Shown here piece after piece: positions 26,240 to 34,419 of a stretch of 64,000 bases of DNA; the first letter of the stretch is position 1; each line of letters begins with the position of its first letter. Below the pieces are notes generated by a model. That model worked only from the letters and a program-made list of their open reading frames with translations, searched no databases and was not told the DNA's origin. This DNA comes from a virus (lineage: Duplodnaviria > Caudoviricetes), in the IMG/VR virus record IMGVR_UViG_2802429318_000001, positions 1 to 64,000 of that record; one strand, 5' to 3'. Position numbers and translations under genes: made by a program.

Positions 26240-26619
26240 CCGACGCCCAGCTCAACCCCCGCCCCATGGTCGGCGTCGGCATGCCGGCCGCCCTCCACCT
26301 CGACGCGTTCGCCCGCGAGATCACCGACGCCTTCGACGCCGTCCCCTACCTCGTCGGATCGGCCGCCGTCGGCAAAAAGTGGCGGGACGTCGACGTCCGC
26401 CTGATCCTGGCCGACGACGAGTTCGACGCCCTGTTCCCGCCGGTCGCCCACGGCCAGCCCGACGGGCGCTGGGATCTGCTCTGTGCAGCCATCAGCGAAC
26501 TCGCCCGGCAGCGCACCGGACTTCCCGTCGACTTTCAGATCCAGCGCCAGTCCTACGCCAACGACCGTTTCCCGGGGCCGCGTCACGCCCTCGGCCTGCA
26601 CGACAGGAACGGCCAGTGA
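26236..26619 (+). CDS. minimal Pol-beta-superfamily nucleotidyltransferase
   Basis: YLVGS...WRDVDVR and distal VDFQ; GAGGAG RBS. Confidence 0.8.
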   Translation: MTDAQLNPRPMVGVGMPAALHLDAFAREITDAFDAVPYLVGSAAVGKKWRDVDVRLILADDEFDALFPPVAHGQPDGRWDLLCAAISELARQRTGLPVDFQIQRQSYANDRFPGPRHALGLHDRNGQ

Positions 26620-26879
26620 CCGGCCCGTCGCCCAAGCCCCGCGCTCTCACCGTCCGGCAGCGCGAGATCCTCCTCCTCGCAGCCGCCGGCCACACCGGCA
26701 AACAGATCGCCCGCATCCTCGGCGTCCGCAGCAGCAGCACCATCACCTACCACCTGACCAACGCATACCGGGCTCTCGGCGCCAAGGACGCCGCGCACGC
26801 TGTCGCACTGGCCATCCACCACGGGCACATCACTCTCGCCGAACTCGCCCGCATCGCAGGCATGGAGACCGCCGCATGA
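26616..26879 (+). CDS. LuxR-type HTH protein
   Basis: LTVRQREILLLAAAGHTGKQIARILG...HAVALA. Confidence 0.85.
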   Translation: MTGPSPKPRALTVRQREILLLAAAGHTGKQIARILGVRSSSTITYHLTNAYRALGAKDAAHAVALAIHHGHITLAELARIAGMETAA

Positions 26880-27241
26880 CCGCACAGACCGAGCAGGACT
26901 TCGACGGCTGTCACAGCGCGTGCCGCGGCAAGGGCGCCCACACGCTCATCTGGGGCGGCTGCGAACACGCGGCCCGGCCGGAGCCCACCGTCAGCATGTC
27001 CGTCGTCTACCAGGACACCGACGGTCAGCCGTCGATCGGCTTCGACGAGTACACCGTCCGGCAGCTCGCCGACCTCATCGAGCCTGCTCTGCGCGCGGTC
27101 GCTATCCGGCTCGGCCCGAACGCGCTCGCCATGCTCCAACGCGGCGAACCCGTCGGCCTGTCCGGCGGCGAGTACGCCGACCTCGCCCGCCAGGCCGCGC
27201 ACGCGATCGTCCACCGGAACGAGCAGGAGACCCCCGCATGA
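26876..27241 (+). CDS. hypothetical protein
   Basis: Coupled ORF. Confidence 0.65.
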   Translation: MTAQTEQDFDGCHSACRGKGAHTLIWGGCEHAARPEPTVSMSVVYQDTDGQPSIGFDEYTVRQLADLIEPALRAVAIRLGPNALAMLQRGEPVGLSGGEYADLARQAAHAIVHRNEQETPA

Positions 27242-27687
27242 CCACAGCCCAATTCGCAGCCACCTACGCCGCTCTCACCGCAGCCCACGAGGTCGGCGAC
27301 CACTGGATTCAGACGGACGAGCTCGCCGTCCACAAGGGCAGAGCCAACAGCAACGGCGCCAAGGCGTGCACCGAGCACGTCCTCACCTACACCGCCACCC
27401 AAGCCGCGGCCCTCTACGCCGTGCAGCGCGCCACCGGGATGCGCCTGTCCTGGCGCCGGGCCGCTCTCGCACTCGCTGTGTCCGCAGCCACCCACTACAT
27501 CGCTGACCGACAGGGCGGCCACTGGCAGGACGAGCACCCGCGAGGCATCGTCCGCGTCGCCGCCGCCACCGGACACGCAGGGTGGCTCCAACGCGACCCG
27601 CACGCCGGCTATCTCATGGACCAGGCCTGGCACAAGGGCTGGATCCTCATCGCAGCCCTGATCGCGGCAGGAGGTGAGCAGCGATGA
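27238..27687 (+). CDS. DUF3307-like membrane protein
   Basis: HEVGDHWIQT, HVLTY, THYIADR and DQAWH His motifs. Confidence 0.75.
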   Translation: MTTAQFAATYAALTAAHEVGDHWIQTDELAVHKGRANSNGAKACTEHVLTYTATQAAALYAVQRATGMRLSWRRAALALAVSAATHYIADRQGGHWQDEHPRGIVRVAAATGHAGWLQRDPHAGYLMDQAWHKGWILIAALIAAGGEQR

Positions 27688-28010
27688 CCGACATGATTCG
27701 CGCCCCGTGGACGCCCGAACAGGTCGCCGCGCTCAACGCCTTCCAGGCGCACAGCGGCATGCATCCGTTCACCTGCGGCAACGACCACGCCACACCGGAC
27801 CTGCACCTCGTCGCCCACGAGGACGGTTGGCACTGCTGGCTCCCCAACTGTCACTACCGGCAAGACTGGGCCCACGCCTTCATGGCCGACCCGAACACCT
27901 GGCCTCAGCCCCTGTCTGCGGCCAGGCCGTGTCCAGCGTGCCGGCGCGCCGACCAAGCCGGACTCGCACCCAGCGAGCAGCACCCCGGCTGCGTAAATCC
28001 GAAGCATTGA
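27684..28010 (+). CDS. hypothetical Zn-binding protein
   Basis: HPFTCG...WHC...CHYRQDWAH; GGAGGT RBS. Confidence 0.7.
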   Translation: MTDMIRAPWTPEQVAALNAFQAHSGMHPFTCGNDHATPDLHLVAHEDGWHCWLPNCHYRQDWAHAFMADPNTWPQPLSAARPCPACRRADQAGLAPSEQHPGCVNPKH

Positions 28011-28215
28011 CCCCCGCGGCACCCGCACGGTGGCCCTGCCGCGCTCCACCTCCGCCCCGCCCTCACCGAGGTGCGGGGCGGCCGTGTGCTTGGAGGCTCG
28101 CGGCGCGCCTGGCACCGCCCGCCCCGAATCGGCGGTGCAGCCGAAGCATCAAAATTCAGCCAGGGACCACGCCTGGCCGACCACCGACTTGCCCCTCAAC
28201 GTGCCCCCGATACAC

Positions 28216-28245
28216 TGGACAAAAATAGGCTCCACAATCTATACA
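28216..28245 (+). promoter_or_regulatory. putative sigma70-type promoter of the Fic moron
   Basis: TGGACA-18 nt-TATACA in an AT-rich patch. Confidence 0.45.
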
Positions 28246-28289
28246 GAGCCTTCTGAGCTGCAAAAACACAACACAAGTAGGGGACGCCG

Positions 28290-29468
28290 GTGCGGTCATA
28301 CGAGGAGTCACACCCATGGATCAACTTCCTCCTAGACCTGAAGCAGCTTGACCACAAGTGCTGGATGCTCGTCGGCGAAGCCGTCTCCAAGCTCGACCAC
28401 ATCGCCGGCGTCCCCCTCCAGCCGTCAGTCGCCGCCGAGCTCAACCGGATCTACCTGACCAAAGGCGCCCACGCGACCACCCAGATCGAGGGCAACACCC
28501 TGTCCGAGAAGCAGGTGCGCCAGCGCGTCGACCACGAACTCGACCTCCCCCCGTCACAGGAATACCTGGGGCAGGAAGTTGACAACGTGATCAAGGGCTA
28601 CAACCTGATCATTGACGACGTCCTGGAGAAGCGCTCCCTTCACCTGACGGTCGAGCGCATCCAAAAGTTCAACGAGATCGTCCTCGAAGGACTCACCGAC
28701 ACCGAAGGCCAAGCTGGCCAGATCCGGACCACCAGCGTGGTCGTCGGGGCGCACTACCGCGGGGCCCCCGCTGAAGACTGCGCGTACCTGCTGGACCGCC
28801 TCTGCCACTGGCTCGAAGACCTGCGCACCGAGACGCTGGGCACCATCTATGAGAAGCCCGTCGCAGTCCTGTCAGCGATTCTGGCCCACCTCTACGTCGC
28901 CTGGATCCACCCCTTCGAGGACGGCAACGGCCGAACCGCCCGCCTCGTCGAATTCCAGCTACTGGTTCGCTCCGGTGCGCCGACGGTCGCTGCGCACGTG
29001 CTGGCCGACCACTACAACAAGACGCGCAGCGCCTACTACCGTGAGCTGCGACGTACGAGCGAGGTCACGCCGCACAACGTCAACGCTTTCATCGCATACG
29101 CCCTGCAGGGCCTGGTCGACGGGCTTCGTCAGCAGATCGAAGAGATCCAGGCACAGCAGCTCGGCGTGACGTGGGTCAACTTCGTCCATGCCGCCTTCCG
29201 GGACAAGCACACGCCCGCCTGCGCGCGTCAACGTCTGCTCGTGCTCAGCCTCCCGGTGGCTGAGTCGACGCCGAAAGCGTCCATTCGCGAGCTGACACCC
29301 CAGCTGGCCTTGGCCTACGCTGGCAAGCAGGACAAGGCTGTGACACGAGATGTGAACGCGCTGGAGGCGATGGGGCTTCTGGCCAAGGGCAAGCAGGGTG
29401 TCGTGACGACCGTTCGGCCCCGCGTTAACCGGCTTCGGGCTTTCATGCCGCTCGTCGCGAACGACTAG
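28290..29468 (+). CDS. Fic family protein (AMP-transferase)
   Basis: HPFEDGNGRTAR Fic motif; TTQIEGN inhibitory-helix motif; C-terminal wHTH-like region. Confidence 0.93.
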   Translation: MRSYEESHPWINFLLDLKQLDHKCWMLVGEAVSKLDHIAGVPLQPSVAAELNRIYLTKGAHATTQIEGNTLSEKQVRQRVDHELDLPPSQEYLGQEVDNVIKGYNLIIDDVLEKRSLHLTVERIQKFNEIVLEGLTDTEGQAGQIRTTSVVVGAHYRGAPAEDCAYLLDRLCHWLEDLRTETLGTIYEKPVAVLSAILAHLYVAWIHPFEDGNGRTARLVEFQLLVRSGAPTVAAHVLADHYNKTRSAYYRELRRTSEVTPHNVNAFIAYALQGLVDGLRQQIEEIQAQQLGVTWVNFVHAAFRDKHTPACARQRLLVLSLPVAESTPKASIRELTPQLALAYAGKQDKAVTRDVNALEAMGLLAKGKQGVVTTVRPRVNRLRAFMPLVAND

Positions 29469-29509
29469 AAGGCCAGCGCCGTCGGGCGCACCGCTTGATC
29501 CCGCAGACG

Positions 29510-29546
29510 GAAGGTCCCTGCCGGCTTCCCAACGGCAGGGGCCTTC
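29510..29546. terminator. hairpin terminator between convergent genes
   Basis: GAAGGTCCCTGCCG...CGGCAGGGGCCTTC. Confidence 0.65.
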
Positions 29547-29557
29547 GCCTTGTCTGG

Positions 29558-29794
29558 CTACTCGGCGGGGTCCTCGGTCTCGTGCCGGACCGCCTTCTTC
29601 ACGGCCATCTCGACGCTCATCCGGTTCTCCCCGGTTGCCTTCGCATGTGCGGTGATGGCGCCCTGCACTGCGGCGGATGCCTCCCGCCACCGCTTCCACT
29701 GCGCGTTGTGCTCGGCGTCGGCGAGCCCGGCCATCCGGGCGCGCGCTTCTTCAGCGTCGCGTTCGAGGTTGATCAGATCATCGGGGAGGTCCAC
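29558..29794 (-). CDS. small helical hypothetical protein (probably leaderless)
   Basis: TAAGAT -10 box 7 nt before the GTG; VDLPDDLINLER... Confidence 0.65.
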   Translation of the reverse strand: MDLPDDLINLERDAEEARARMAGLADAEHNAQWKRWREASAAVQGAITAHAKATGENRMSVEMAVKKAVRHETEDPAE

Positions 29795-29883
29795 GGCGAT
29801 GATCTTAAGTGGGCGGCAGAGAGCCCCCACCACGGCGCGCGGCAGGGGCTCGGGCGTGGGGTGTCAGCCCCAGGCGGCGTCAC

Positions 29884-30282
29884 TCACGGACGCCACTTCT
29901 CCCGGTAGCCGGGGCGGTCAGCGTAGGGCAGGGCGAGCAGGCGCAGCGTGGGGCATGGCGGTTCGTGCTCACAGTTCGAGCAGAACAGTTCACTGGCACC
30001 CTCGCTGTGCAGGGTGACCAACTGCCGCTTCGCTTCGATCTCGCGCACCACCCGAGCCGGATCGTGCTCGGCGATGTGGGCAGCAATGGCAAAGGGCACG
30101 CTTTCCTCCTCGCCGAGGAGTGCTTCGTTGGCCTCGGAGTGGAGGCTGCCGAGATTGTCCTCAAACGGTCCCTTCGCAACCCACCTCCCGTCCTTGCAGA
30201 ACTCGGCGTCGCAGGCCTCCGTCACGAGCCGCTGGTCCTCGTCGAGCTGCTCGCCGAACCACTGCACGAGGTCATCCATCAT
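29884..30282 (-). CDS. DUF6221-like protein
   Basis: HIAEHDPARVVREIEAKR...TLRLLALPYADRPGYREKWRP. Confidence 0.8.
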   Translation of the reverse strand: MMDDLVQWFGEQLDEDQRLVTEACDAEFCKDGRWVAKGPFEDNLGSLHSEANEALLGEEESVPFAIAAHIAEHDPARVVREIEAKRQLVTLHSEGASELFCSNCEHEPPCPTLRLLALPYADRPGYREKWRP

Positions 30283-30490
30283 TGGCCTCCGTCATCGCCT
30301 GGTCCAGGCGGCCCCGGAGCCCGTTCACCGCGGCGGTGCCCAGGTCAGAGAGCAGCTGTGGGTCCAGCCCGAGTTCCGCCGTCCGACACCCCTCGACCAC
30401 CCCCCGCATCACCTCGAAGGCCAAGTCGAGCCACTGCTTCTCGGTCAGGTAGTCGGGCTTGGTGACTGGCAGTTCTAACGTTCGCGACAT
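30272..30490 (-). CDS. hypothetical protein
   Basis: GAAGGAG RBS before ATG 30490. Confidence 0.6.
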   Translation of the reverse strand: MSRTLELPVTKPDYLTEKQWLDLAFEVMRGVVEGCRTAELGLDPQLLSDLGTAAVNGLRGRLDQAMTEANDG

Positions 30491-30555
30491 GGCCGCTCCT
30501 TCGTCTCGTGAGGCGAGGTCGGTCCGCTTGCCCGGCTGCTGTTCGTAGGTAGGCA

Positions 30556-31161
30556 TCAGGACAGTGTGACGAAGTACCGGGTGCCCGACCCAACGCCCTG
30601 CCGTTCTACCCTGCCTGCGGAAGCCAGCCGTCGAAGTGCGCGATGCACCGTGTTGGTCGACACGCCGAAGCGGTTGACCAGCTCGGCGACACGGGGGAGT
30701 TGGTTGCCGCAGCGCAGTCGCCCAGCCGTCACGTCGGCCGTCAGGGTCTCAGCGACGGCTTGGTCCATGTTCCGCCAGGGGCGCCCCGGTGGGCGGAACC
30801 CGCCGCCGGTGGCCTCGTGGAAGCGCTGCATGTTCACCATCGGACACGGCGTCTCCCCAGGCGCCTGTTCACGAAGAGGCGACGGCGCACCGCCCGAGTT
30901 GTACAACGGGGCTTGGGTGCGGATGACGCGCAGCTCGGCCGCCGCCGCAACGTCCCGCCCAGTGAGCCAGTCGACGCTGACGCGTGCCGCGCGCGGCCAC
31001 CACGATGTCGCCGCGTACTGCCGATGCCGCGCCCACCGCGTCTTGGGATCGTCCGTAATGCCGACGTAGAGCAGCCGGTCCACGTCGTCGAAGAACTGAT
31101 AGAGCGCCGTCTGTCCCGGCCGGGCGGCGGGGGCGGCGATGCGGTCGTTCGCTACGCTCAA
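30556..31161 (-). CDS. GIY-YIG nuclease domain fused to a GntR-type winged helix
   Basis: ALYQFFD...LLYVGIT...R...H...E...P.YN, then LPRVAELVNRFGVSTNTVHRALRRL. Confidence 0.82.
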   Translation of the reverse strand: MSVANDRIAAPAARPGQTALYQFFDDVDRLLYVGITDDPKTRWARHRQYAATSWWPRAARVSVDWLTGRDVAAAAELRVIRTQAPLYNSGGAPSPLREQAPGETPCPMVNMQRFHEATGGGFRPPGRPWRNMDQAVAETLTADVTAGRLRCGNQLPRVAELVNRFGVSTNTVHRALRRLASAGRVERQGVGSGTRYFVTLS

Positions 31162-31232
31162 GGGAGCGCCTCTCTCTTGCTTGGGTCTGGCTGCTTCGCG
31201 GCCGGGCGGTCTTTCACACCGCTCGGCCGTAT

Positions 31233-31541
31233 CTACTTCTCCGACGCGTCGTCAGTCTTCTTCGGCGGGCGCTTACTTCCGCGTAGCCCCTTGCCGATCT
31301 GCTGCGCACGCTCCGGCGTCACCTCGCCGATGATGCTGGCGATCTCGGGCCACGTCTTCTGCTGCTCGTCTCGCAGCTCCCGCACGCTGGCCTGCCGAAG
31401 CTCACGCAGTCGCGCGTGATACGTGGGCCAGTCCTTCAGTGCCTGCGAGACAGCGGTGGTGCGCGCGGCCGGGTCTTCGATGGCTTCGAACGCCGCAAGA
31501 GCTTCCAACAGCCTCTTCACCTCCTCGGATTGTTCCGTCAC
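31233..31541 (-). CDS. small HTH regulator
   Basis: TWPEIASIIGEVTPERAQQI; AAAGGAG RBS. Confidence 0.75.
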   Translation of the reverse strand: MTEQSEEVKRLLEALAAFEAIEDPAARTTAVSQALKDWPTYHARLRELRQASVRELRDEQQKTWPEIASIIGEVTPERAQQIGKGLRGSKRPPKKTDDASEK

Positions 31542-31583
31542 GCCGGGCTCTCCTTTCCTGCCCGAGAGCACGACCGGACAACA

Positions 31584-31629
31584 CAAACCCTAGGGCTTGC
31601 GCTGCTCCCTGGGCAAGCCCTAGGGTTTG
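31584..31629. promoter_or_regulatory. 17-bp inverted repeat forming a symmetric bidirectional promoter/operator
   Basis: CAAACCCTAGGGCTTGC...GCAAGCCCTAGGGTTTG; TTGC(G/C)C-18-TAGGGT on both strands. Confidence 0.75.
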
Positions 31630-31741
31630 GCTCGTGAGGTCGGGCGCACTCCTCGATCTCGCACCAACAGAACGGCCCGGACAGGAGCAGCAACTCCTGT
31701 CCGGGCCGGCCGAATCCCCTGAGCTACCAGGAGAAACAGCC

Positions 31742-32209
31742 GTGGACCACCGTACCGATCAGACCGGGGAGCAGCACAGCCCCACGGGCGAGGCCACCCT
31801 CCGCGCCCTCCTCATCACGATGGCCGACCGCCTCAAGGGTGAGGTCCCGGGCGACCCGATGATCGAAGCGCACCGCCTCGACCTCGCCCGCGAACTCGCC
31901 GGCCGGGACACCGACCTGCGGGACGCGCTCCTTGCCCGCACCGTCCACGTCGCACCCGACGCCACCCGCGGCGAGTACGCGGGCGTCCTCCTCGCCGTCG
32001 CCGACACCCTCGACCTCCCCGCCCGGTACGCCGCCGCTGTGCAGAAGTGCCGCGACATCGCGCAGCAGGTCGGCGTGAAGAACTGCGACGACAGCGCCGA
32101 GTGGCGCGCCGCCGAAATCGCGGCCAACGAGCTGTGGACCAAGGCTCGCGAAGCCGGACACACCACCGCCACGCTCATGGCCACCAGCGCGATCAAGGCC
32201 GACGGCTGA
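31742..32209 (+). CDS. hypothetical protein, first gene of the Spd-like operon
   Basis: AGGAGA RBS, GTG start. Confidence 0.7.
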   Translation: MDHRTDQTGEQHSPTGEATLRALLITMADRLKGEVPGDPMIEAHRLDLARELAGRDTDLRDALLARTVHVAPDATRGEYAGVLLAVADTLDLPARYAAAVQKCRDIAQQVGVKNCDDSAEWRAAEIAANELWTKAREAGHTTATLMATSAIKADG

Positions 32210-32412
32210 TGGGCTGGCTGGATCGCATCCTCGGCGACGACCGCCAACGCGCCAAGACCCAGTACGCCGGCCGCGAGTCCGCCAGCGACAGCGCCGCCCG
32301 CTCCCGCCGTAACGGCCACCGCAACCGAGGCGCCGCCCGCGCTGCCCGCAGAGGCCAGGACTGGGAGACCGCGGACCGCGACCGCGAGACCGGCCGCCGC
32401 ACCCCCCGCTGA
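32209..32412 (+). CDS. small basic protein
   Basis: MGWLDRILGDD...YAGRESASDSAARSRR; TGATG overlap. Confidence 0.7.
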   Translation: MGWLDRILGDDRQRAKTQYAGRESASDSAARSRRNGHRNRGAARAARRGQDWETADRDRETGRRTPR

Positions 32413-32486
32413 CCACACCGCCCGCCGCCCTCTCGCGACCTTCCCCGCGAGAGGGCGGCCCCATCTCCAGCCACCCGGAGACCACC

Positions 32487-33347
32487 GTGAAGACCCGCCG
32501 CATCACCCGCGAGCGCCTCGTCCCCCACACCGTCGACGGCAAGACCCGCATGGTCCCCGACGACGAGCACATCGACCTCCCCGTGCCGCCCCGCGACTGG
32601 GACCAGATCGGCCTCAACGTCGTCACCGGCATCGTCGCCCTCGCCCTCCTCGGCTGCATGGGCTTCTCCACCGCCTCCATCGGCGACCTCCTCGCCCGCG
32701 TCACCCCGGCGCCCGCCGCGTACGGAGCAGCAGCCCTGTTCGACCTGGCGTGGATCGGCTGCTCCATCATCGAGTGGCTCGCCCGCTACGCCCCCGCCCG
32801 TGCGGCCAAGGCGCGCGCTGGCGGGTACCTCGCGCTCGCCGTCGCCATGGGTGCGGTCGCGTCGCACGGCTGGATCGTCGGGGGCGTCGCCACGGGCCTC
32901 GTCGGCGCCGCGGCGTCCGGCCTCGCGAAGGGGCTGTGGGCGATCGTCCTCGATTACCAGGCCGCGCCGCTGTCGAAGCGGGATGCCGCGTACTTCGAGC
33001 AGGAGCTGTCCGAGGCCGCGGTCGAGCTGGCCCGCATCCCCGTCCGGCGGCGCGTCATCCGCGCCCGCGCATTGGTCGAGGGGGAGCGACGGGCTCTGGA
33101 GACGGACAGCGGATCGACCGGATCCGCTGATCCGGACCAGTCCGGACAGGCCGCGGACGATCCGGACGCGACCATCCTGACCCTCGACCCCAACGCGCTG
33201 ACCACCAAGGACGCCGTCCGGATCGCCTGGGACGCCGATATCCGCGAACGCGACGCCGTCGTCCGCTACGTCAGCAAGGCCATGGGCAAGGCGGCATCCC
33301 CGGACACCGTCGACCGCTACCTCCGCGCGCTGAAGGTGGCCGGCTGA
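32487..33347 (+). CDS. SpdB/SpdB2-like spread membrane protein
   Basis: Four TM helices (AYGAAALFDLAWI...EWL..Y), a coiled segment, a low-complexity linker and a C-terminal HTH-like segment (SPDTVDRYLR). Confidence 0.65.
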   Translation: MKTRRITRERLVPHTVDGKTRMVPDDEHIDLPVPPRDWDQIGLNVVTGIVALALLGCMGFSTASIGDLLARVTPAPAAYGAAALFDLAWIGCSIIEWLARYAPARAAKARAGGYLALAVAMGAVASHGWIVGGVATGLVGAAASGLAKGLWAIVLDYQAAPLSKRDAAYFEQELSEAAVELARIPVRRRVIRARALVEGERRALETDSGSTGSADPDQSGQAADDPDATILTLDPNALTTKDAVRIAWDADIRERDAVVRYVSKAMGKAASPDTVDRYLRALKVAG

Positions 33348-33544
33348 TGACCTCCGCGGCCGGGCTGTGCCTCGCCCTCATCTGCATCGCCATCGTCGCC
33401 GCCGGGCTCGGCCTCGCCGCCGCAACCTGGCGGCCCGCCCTGCGCCACGTGGCCACCGTCGTCCTCCTCGCGGCCGGGCTCGTCGTCGGCGCCACCGGGA
33501 TCGTCGCCGCCGCCGTCCACCAGCTCGCCGCCGTCCTGCCGTAG
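33347..33544 (+). CDS. small two-TM membrane protein
   Basis: Hydrophobic; TGATG coupled. Confidence 0.7.
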   Translation: MTSAAGLCLALICIAIVAAGLGLAAATWRPALRHVATVVLLAAGLVVGATGIVAAAVHQLAAVLP

Positions 33545-33553
33545 GAGCCCGTC

Positions 33554-33847
33554 ATGCTGCTCACCGCGCTCGTCCTCGCAGCGCTCACCCCGGGCGTCGT
33601 CACCGGGTGGCGCGTGTACCGCCGTCGCGGCTGGCCCAGAGCGATCCTCGCCGGAGCCGGCGTCACCGTCGGCGTGGCCGGGCTCGCGCTCCTCAGCCTG
33701 ATCATGTCGGCGCCGCTCGCCTCTGTCCTCGCCGCACTGTCCGCGGTCGCCGCCCTGAACGCGTACGACCGCGGGCGGCTGCTCCTCGCGACGCTGTGGG
33801 TGACGACGATGGCGGTCTGCATCTGGTGCGCGGGGTGGGCCCGGTGA
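33554..33847 (+). CDS. small multi-TM membrane protein
   Basis: AGGAG RBS; hydrophobic. Confidence 0.7.
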   Translation: MLLTALVLAALTPGVVTGWRVYRRRGWPRAILAGAGVTVGVAGLALLSLIMSAPLASVLAALSAVAALNAYDRGRLLLATLWVTTMAVCIWCAGWAR

Positions 33848-34419
33848 GCGAGCCGATCTTTCCGACCCGGGTCATCCCCGCCGGTGAGCCGCTTCCGTTG
33901 CCCGCGCCGCCGCCGGCCCCGCCGCCGCGCCCGCCCGGACCGCCGGGTCTCGCGGATCCGGATCCGGACTGGTGGCGTGGCGGATCCGGACGGTCCGGAC
34001 CGCCCCCATCCGTCGTGGTCCATCAGCACTTCTACGCGGCCGAACCCGCAGGTGGACCGCTGTCCGTGCCGGATCCGGATCCGGGACCGCGCTGGTGGCA
34101 GCGGATCCGGATCGGCTACAACGCCGGACTCGCCGTCATCTCCCTCACCCTCGCCGGGCCCTGGGCCCACGTCCTCGTGTCCGTCCGCGAGGAGGAGTCC
34201 CTCGCTGGCGCGTGGGTCATGGCGCTGGGCCCCCTGATCGTCCTGGCATTCGCGGACAACACCTACAGGGTCGCCGCCGCAGGAGCCGCCGACGACCTGT
34301 GGATCCCGAAGATCCGTGCCGCCGGAGCCCGACTCCTGCTGTGGGCCGCCGTCATCGGCACCGCGCTCGCCCTGCCCGTCACCACGCTCGTCTACGCACT
34401 GACCGGAGTCCACGCATGA
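33844..34419 (+). CDS. Pro-rich N-terminus plus three-TM membrane protein
   Basis: GTGA overlap; VSEPIFPTRVIPAGEPLP... Confidence 0.72.
   Translation: MSEPIFPTRVIPAGEPLPLPAPPPAPPPRPPGPPGLADPDPDWWRGGSGRSGPPPSVVVHQHFYAAEPAGGPLSVPDPDPGPRWWQRIRIGYNAGLAVISLTLAGPWAHVLVSVREEESLAGAWVMALGPLIVLAFADNTYRVAAAGAADDLWIPKIRAAGARLLLWAAVIGTALALPVTTLVYALTGVHA

Larger units (their letters stand above)
33110..34113. repeat. clustered GATCCGGA 8-mer repeats (clt/TRS-like)
   Basis: Exact + strand copies at 33129, 33159, 33955, 33961, 33983, 34072 and 34104, plus variants. Confidence 0.7.

Noticed and set aside
33110-34113. Possible CRISPR array or tandem repeat at the GATCCGGA cluster
   Set aside because: Units are 8 bp with irregular spacing inside coding genes; no repeat-spacer structure and no cas operon.
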